DNA from: a virus
IMG/VR virus record: IMGVR_UViG_3300023174_000138
Span: 14,144-78,143 of that record
DNA length: 64,000 bases
Direction: 5' to 3' (one strand)
The notes under the pieces are model-generated. The model had not been told where the DNA came from. It did not search any database and saw only the letters and a list, made by a program, of their open reading frames with translations. This document shows, piece by piece, positions 59,013 through 64,000 of the stretch (its first letter is position 1; the number at the start of each line of letters is the position of its first letter). The position numbers and the translations under genes were made by a program.

Positions 59013-61136
59013 TTATATTTTATAAAAATTAGTACGCAAGCCTTTTATGGAATATCTTTGTATGGGATTTGTCAAGGTTGTTGTGAATGTTGCTGTTAAA
59101 TAAAGCATACCACCTACAACAGTAGTAGTATAGCCTGAAATTAATTCAGAAGTACCTAGTTGACCATATTCTGTAACTACAGATTGTGAAGGTGCAACAG
59201 TACCGACAACATTTAATTCAGAATAATAGATTTCGTTATTAAAATTAGTTTCTACCTGTAAGGTATATTTAGCGCTCTTGAATTCGGACAATTCAAAAGC
59301 GTCAATTATTACACTGTTCTGATTTACTATTGATTCTACATATATTGGAGAATGGGGATTTGTATTAATTTCTAGATAATGTTCTGGGTTGCTATCATCA
59401 TATCCCGCAAATATATAGACTCGTTTATTTGCAGTAAGAGCTACGGTATAACCCTTGTAAACTGTTGGATGTGGGTTTACAGCAAATTCAGCAATCGTTA
59501 GTTTATTTGAAGCTATGTTTTCGTATACATTTTTATCAATTTGAGAAGAAAGATAACTTACCTTAGAAGACAGGTCTATTACTTGCTGGTATGCATATGA
59601 CCAGTTCGAGCTGTTAGATCGGGTTACTGAATAAGTAGAATTCCACGATCCTGAAGTACCTATAACTTCAGTTAAATCATCTTTAAGAATACCTAGATTA
59701 ACTGTATTGCCCGGTACAATAGAAAGATTAAAATTGCTATTGTTGAAAGCTAAAGTTTGAATTCCTGTACTCCAAGCTGCAGAATACGTATTAACAGTTG
59801 TATGAGTGGAATTCCAATTACCGCTATTACCTGATACTACAGTATTGATATTGCTTGGCCCGAGATCAAAAAATGAAGAAATGTCTTTACCGCCTGATAA
59901 AATATGACCATTTACATTAAGCGTACCATTCATTATACCGCCATCGGCATATTGAACGGCTACTGACCCACCACCAGATCCAAGATCTAAAATTCGTCGC
60001 GCCCAGTACCGAGCAACATCAGCAATATATTTTTGCTGTTCATCATTAAATTTTTTTGAATCTTTTGATTCTTTATTTTTATCGTCGATTAATTTTTTTA
60101 CTTTTTCATTAATCTGCTTAATTTGTTTATTAAACTCCGGTGCAATTTTACCCGCTTCAATATTTGTTAATACAACAAAGTCGTTAAATAGACCTGCTTT
60201 ATATTTCTCTAGCTCTACTATTAATTTGTCATTGTAATTTTTTTCTAAAACTTTTGCTAGCTGCTCTGTTTTGTCATAATTTTTTTCTAAAACTTCTACT
60301 AGCTGTTCTGTCTTATTTTTTAATCTTTCATTGTATGTTATTTCTAGATTTTTTGATTGAACCTCGAGGTTAATCCGGTTTTCATTACTTTCTTTTGTAA
60401 TTTTTTCTAAAAGAGTATTTAATTGTTCTTCTCTATACGCTTTATCTTTGGCCTCGAATTCAATACCGTACTCTTCAAAAGTGTTGTAAATGCGTTCGCG
60501 TAAATCTGTTTCTAAATCATTAAAATTCTCAACTAATTTAGCTTTTGAAACTTCGCCCTGCTTTTTCGTCGCATTAAAGTATTCTTCGAGTAACTCCTGC
60601 TTGTATTCAGCCAGTCTCTCTTTAACTATATTTTGTTTTTCTAAAATAATTTTTTCCTTTTCAAGTTCTTTTTTCTCTTTTGCAAGTTGTTTTTCTAATC
60701 TTAAAGCCTCGTTTACCATTTCTGTATAAACTGGTGGTATTATCTCAGGCTGCTGTTTAATTACAGGGTTTTTAATATTATTCTTTTCCTCAATAACTGC
60801 TATTTTTTCTGGTGCGGGAGTAGCAATCTTAACCCCGTCTTTTAACAGACTAAGATTAATTGTCGAATAGGGCGTCTCTATATTTTCATCTATTATAATT
60901 TTGAACAGGACATTTCTAAAATGGGTTTTATCCTCCAACGTTACATCGAGCTTAGCATATTTTTCTAAGTTCTCTGTAGTATATTCAACTATAATTTCTT
61001 TTGTTTTAGTTTTAAAAATTCCAATATTAAATAGATAATCGGAAAAAGAGCTACAGTATATAACGTTTTCTGCGCTGTTAGTTTCTAGCAGATTGAAGGG
61101 TATCTTACTATTCAGTAAAACGTTGTGAAGTTTCAC
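59013..61136 (-). CDS. Virion protein with a long N-terminal coiled coil and fibre-like C-terminus
   Basis: E/K-rich heptads, LGSGGGS linker, W-repeat segments and IDAF...FKSAKY.LQV...SEL end domain; TAAATA 4 nt before the GTG. Confidence 0.7.
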   Translation of the reverse strand: MKLHNVLLNSKIPFNLLETNSAENVIYCSSFSDYLFNIGIFKTKTKEIIVEYTTENLEKYAKLDVTLEDKTHFRNVLFKIIIDENIETPYSTINLSLLKDGVKIATPAPEKIAVIEEKNNIKNPVIKQQPEIIPPVYTEMVNEALRLEKQLAKEKKELEKEKIILEKQNIVKERLAEYKQELLEEYFNATKKQGEVSKAKLVENFNDLETDLRERIYNTFEEYGIEFEAKDKAYREEQLNTLLEKITKESNENRINLEVQSKNLEITYNERLKNKTEQLVEVLEKNYDKTEQLAKVLEKNYNDKLIVELEKYKAGLFNDFVVLTNIEAGKIAPEFNKQIKQINEKVKKLIDDKNKESKDSKKFNDEQQKYIADVARYWARRILDLGSGGGSVAVQYADGGIMNGTLNVNGHILSGGKDISSFFDLGPSNINTVVSGNSGNWNSTHTTVNTYSAAWSTGIQTLAFNNSNFNLSIVPGNTVNLGILKDDLTEVIGTSGSWNSTYSVTRSNSSNWSYAYQQVIDLSSKVSYLSSQIDKNVYENIASNKLTIAEFAVNPHPTVYKGYTVALTANKRVYIFAGYDDSNPEHYLEINTNPHSPIYVESIVNQNSVIIDAFELSEFKSAKYTLQVETNFNNEIYYSELNVVGTVAPSQSVVTEYGQLGTSELISGYTTTVVGGMLYLTATFTTTLTNPIQRYSIKGLRTNFYKI

Positions 61137-61140
61137 TATT

Positions 61141-61205
61141 TATTTAGTAATTACTTCTATAGGATCAATTTCTTTTATAGGAAAGAAGCTCTATAGCTCT
61201 AAATA
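61141..61205. promoter_or_regulatory. Divergent late promoters for the 707-aa gene and the ferritin-like gene
   Basis: TAAATA on the minus strand (61146-61141, 4 nt before GTG) and plus strand (61200-61205, 5 nt before ATG). Confidence 0.7.
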
Positions 61206-61210
61206 ACTGT

Positions 61211-61576
61211 ATGCACGCGGCAATTAGAGATCTTTTACAAATGCAAAATCAATTGCGTATATTTCATTGGCAGGCTAAAAGTTACGCACAGCACAAGGCT
61301 TTAGGCAAAGCATACGAATCATTAGACGAATTGATAGATGCTTTTGTCGAGACTGCACTTGGCAGAGCTGAGGCCAGCTTTACCAATGGTAACATCGATA
61401 TTAAGCTATTTGATATAACTGAATTAAGCATATGTGATGCGATGGATACGTATAAAACCTTTTTGTCTGATATTACAAGAAAGCTTAACCCTGAAGCTGA
61501 TACGGACCTACTTAATATACGTGATGAAATGCTTGGTGTATTAAACCAAACATGCTATTTACTAAAACTTGCTTAA
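61211..61576 (+). CDS. Ferritin/Dps-like four-helix protein (DUF5856-like)
   Basis: Q.RIFHWQ..SYAQHKALG..YE.L..LID.FVE and DLLNIRDEML...NQ..YLL.L motifs. Confidence 0.8.
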   Translation: MHAAIRDLLQMQNQLRIFHWQAKSYAQHKALGKAYESLDELIDAFVETALGRAEASFTNGNIDIKLFDITELSICDAMDTYKTFLSDITRKLNPEADTDLLNIRDEMLGVLNQTCYLLKLA

Positions 61577-61601
61577 TATAATCTATACCTAAATATTGTT
61601 G

Positions 61602-62513
61602 ATGTTTGCAAACGAGACAAAAACTGTAAAAATTGGTGGTCACACTTTTTTTTATGTATATGATTTTTTACCACCTGATGTTGTTGAAAACTTAGTAAAA
61701 TGTGTTGAGGTTGATACAAATCAAGGTAAGCACGATCAAGCATGGGAAGTTAAACGCGCAAAGGAGCTTCTAGAAAAGAAAATGAACCATGATCAATGGA
61801 GATCATGGAGTAGCACACTAGGTCCCACTGATGATTTAACTATGGATTTTTTACAGGAGCAACATTTTTGGAGTTTTTACTATGTTAAGCTTCAATACTA
61901 CGTGCAACAATATCTCAATGCCGCTGAACTACAATATCCAGATCTAGAATGGGCTTCTACTTGGTTCTTACGCTCTAAGAATAATACTGCGCAAGAATTA
62001 GCAAAATTTCATAAGCCTTATGATGATACGGGTAAGATTTTTATAGACAAACAACACCACACGCATATTAAAACCCACGTTGTTGGCTGTGTATATTATT
62101 TAAAATCGCCATCAGAACATTATGGTACGGCTATAGAGTTTGATAATCACAAATTTATATCCCCGGGTAAAGAGAACTCACTGTTAATTTTTGATCCAAG
62201 AGTACCGCACAGTAGAACTGTACCATCGCCTGAGCTCTCTGAATACCCTAGACACGCGGTTGTAACGGATTTTAAAGTTAAAGAAAAATTTGGCCGTCTT
62301 ACCGACATAATAACTAAAATGAGAGAGCGTAGCGCTATGAGACGTTGGAACAAACTAAGCGCCATAGAGGATGATATTACCGGGGCTGCGGCTTTATGTT
62401 TTGGTGTAAAGCCGGTTCAGACTGCAGAACTTTCTTACCCAGATTGGTTTGAAGTGGCTACAAACCCCGCAGCAAAAAACGAATTTCGTAAAGAATCAAC
62501 AGATAAAAAGTAA
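61602..62513 (+). CDS. Putative 2OG-Fe(II) oxygenase (start revised to 61602)
   Basis: H.H...VGCVYYL..P, LLIF....PH and a downstream R; TAAATA 6 nt before ATG 61602. Confidence 0.65.
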   Translation: MFANETKTVKIGGHTFFYVYDFLPPDVVENLVKCVEVDTNQGKHDQAWEVKRAKELLEKKMNHDQWRSWSSTLGPTDDLTMDFLQEQHFWSFYYVKLQYYVQQYLNAAELQYPDLEWASTWFLRSKNNTAQELAKFHKPYDDTGKIFIDKQHHTHIKTHVVGCVYYLKSPSEHYGTAIEFDNHKFISPGKENSLLIFDPRVPHSRTVPSPELSEYPRHAVVTDFKVKEKFGRLTDIITKMRERSAMRRWNKLSAIEDDITGAAALCFGVKPVQTAELSYPDWFEVATNPAAKNEFRKESTDKK

Positions 62514-63428
62514 TTACTGTCTAGGTGTTTTTGTAAAATACTTTGTATGGTCTTTTAGTGCATCGTCGAGCAAATTGTAATTACTTGCTCTAGTGGGATT
62601 AATGTCTATGCCACCTCTTCTAACATATAGACAAGATACAACTAACTCTTCAGGTTCAAACTTATCCCATACTCTTTTATAAATTGTCTCGCAAATTTCT
62701 TCATGAAAATGGCACTCATCACGGAAAGAAACAATATACTGTAACATCGAGGTAGGGTTTATAGCATGCGTACCTTTGTAGTGTATATATACATCTCCCC
62801 AATCGGGTTGACTTGTGACCCTGCAATTTGATTTTAAGAGTGCAGAGTGAAAGCGCTGAACTGTAGAAACTGTACTCGTAATACCGCTTAGCAGGCTAGG
62901 GGTTTCAACATATTTACTAGCAGTAATGTATGTAACATCAATAGTATTTTCTAGTGTTGGGTAATCTTTATTACTGAAAACTGGTGGGTAGAAAAGACTA
63001 TCACTAATATTACCGCAAAGCCTTACATAGCACCTCGCTTCTGTTTCAAGCAAATTGCTTAGATCCTTCGCAATTGTTTTTTCTAGCTGTTCAACCACGG
63101 TTAAAATATTACCCTTTATAACTTCCATATTAAACGAGTTTAAGTACAGCTTAATAGACTTAGACTCAACAATATACTTACTAGTACAAGGATATACAAT
63201 TTTAGCAACCGCGGCAATCGGCATACCGTTATTTGTTAAGCAAGATACTTCATATGCATTCCAAATATCATAGCCACAAAATGGTAGCTTATTGTCATCA
63301 ATATTAAGATGCTTTCTATTATTTTGTCTTGGCTCGCGTACTAGTAGGCTCGGATCGTAGGTTGACTTATAACCTGTAATTTTACCTAAATGTTTGGAAA
63401 TATTACTATTATCTAGTGCTGTATTCAT
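62514..63428 (-). CDS. queF: NADPH-dependent 7-cyano-7-deazaguanine (preQ0) reductase, bimodular type (start revised to 63428)
   Basis: YDPSLL, G.DIWNAYE.S, VESKS.KLYLNSFN, LLKSNC.VT.QPDWG, FHEE.CE and Y.RRGG.DINP motifs. Confidence 0.93.
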   Translation of the reverse strand: MNTALDNSNISKHLGKITGYKSTYDPSLLVREPRQNNRKHLNIDDNKLPFCGYDIWNAYEVSCLTNNGMPIAAVAKIVYPCTSKYIVESKSIKLYLNSFNMEVIKGNILTVVEQLEKTIAKDLSNLLETEARCYVRLCGNISDSLFYPPVFSNKDYPTLENTIDVTYITASKYVETPSLLSGITSTVSTVQRFHSALLKSNCRVTSQPDWGDVYIHYKGTHAINPTSMLQYIVSFRDECHFHEEICETIYKRVWDKFEPEELVVSCLYVRRGGIDINPTRASNYNLLDDALKDHTKYFTKTPRQ

Positions 63429-63993
63429 GTAGTTTAATTTTAATCTGTTCCATTCGTTCTTCAACTGTTCCTTTTAAAATAACTATCTTTTCTTTCCATT
63501 GAAATTGATCGAGATAATAGTTTTCATATTTGTTAATAATTGCATTTCTAAATTCTATATCTGTGCTTCTCTCGCCATCATCCTGTAACTCTACATCGTG
63601 AGGATTTGGATAAAAGATAATGTCATATTTTTTATAGAACCTATGCCAATACTGTAACGCTTGTGTATAAACGGCTTCACACACAAGTTTTTTGTCGTAA
63701 AAGTATTCCGTATAAACTAAACCATCCAGCAAACACCTGTCATGTACTGTTCCTTTACACCAATCTCCCATAGACCCACAATTAAACAAATTCTTTAGTT
63801 CCTCGTTTATAATTAACAATTGAGTTATATCATTTGCACCCTCCTCATTAATTGATACATTACATTCATCTCTTATTCTTCTTGTAACTTCGTCAATGTA
63901 GAAGAATTTATCAAAAATTCCGCCACTGCTTCTCATTAATTTAAGTAAAGTAGTCTTACCCGAACATTGCGGGCCTGTAAAGGTTATATTCAT
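63409..63993 (-). CDS. P-loop nucleotide kinase-like protein (NadR/AAA_28 or dTMP-kinase-like)
   Basis: FTGPQCSGKTTL, DRCLLDGLVY, YDIIFY, DDGERS and G.VEER motifs. Confidence 0.8.
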   Translation of the reverse strand: MNITFTGPQCSGKTTLLKLMRSSGGIFDKFFYIDEVTRRIRDECNVSINEEGANDITQLLIINEELKNLFNCGSMGDWCKGTVHDRCLLDGLVYTEYFYDKKLVCEAVYTQALQYWHRFYKKYDIIFYPNPHDVELQDDGERSTDIEFRNAIINKYENYYLDQFQWKEKIVILKGTVEERMEQIKIKLHEYSTR

Positions 63994-64000
63994 TTTTTAT

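Noticed and set aside
47145-61136. Diversity-generating retroelement acting on the fibre genes
   Set aside because: There is no reverse transcriptase in the window, and I saw no repeat pair differing only at adenines.
1-64000. Stop-codon reassignment
   Set aside because: Core genes are full length in the standard code, and TAA, TAG and TGA all end genes at sensible positions.

Overview
This is a 64-kb, AT-rich, densely coded segment of a T4-like (Tevenvirinae-like) myophage genome, mostly the virion module. Recognisable genes are primase (truncated at the left edge), neck gp14 and gp13, large and probable small terminase, tail completion, sheath, tube and baseplate genes, dUTPase, clamp loader, a block of large propeller/lectin baseplate and fibre proteins, gp4, prohead protease, scaffold and major capsid protein. 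A minus-strand fibre cluster follows, then a ferritin-like protein, a 2OG-Fe(II) oxygenase-like protein, QueF and a P-loop kinase. The best unannotated element is a compact, ORF-less group I self-splicing intron (about 53201-53418, minus strand) at the 3' end of an uncharacterised late gene. Splicing would change that protein's C-terminus and could couple translation to the two downstream fibre genes. Second, about 25 genes have a T4-type late promoter (TAAATA) only 4-8 nt before the start codon, which implies leaderless mRNAs. These include promoters inside ORFs that would make nested in-frame isoforms, and an 11-codon leader ORF ahead of the sheath gene. Protein calls come from motif recognition only; no searches were run.
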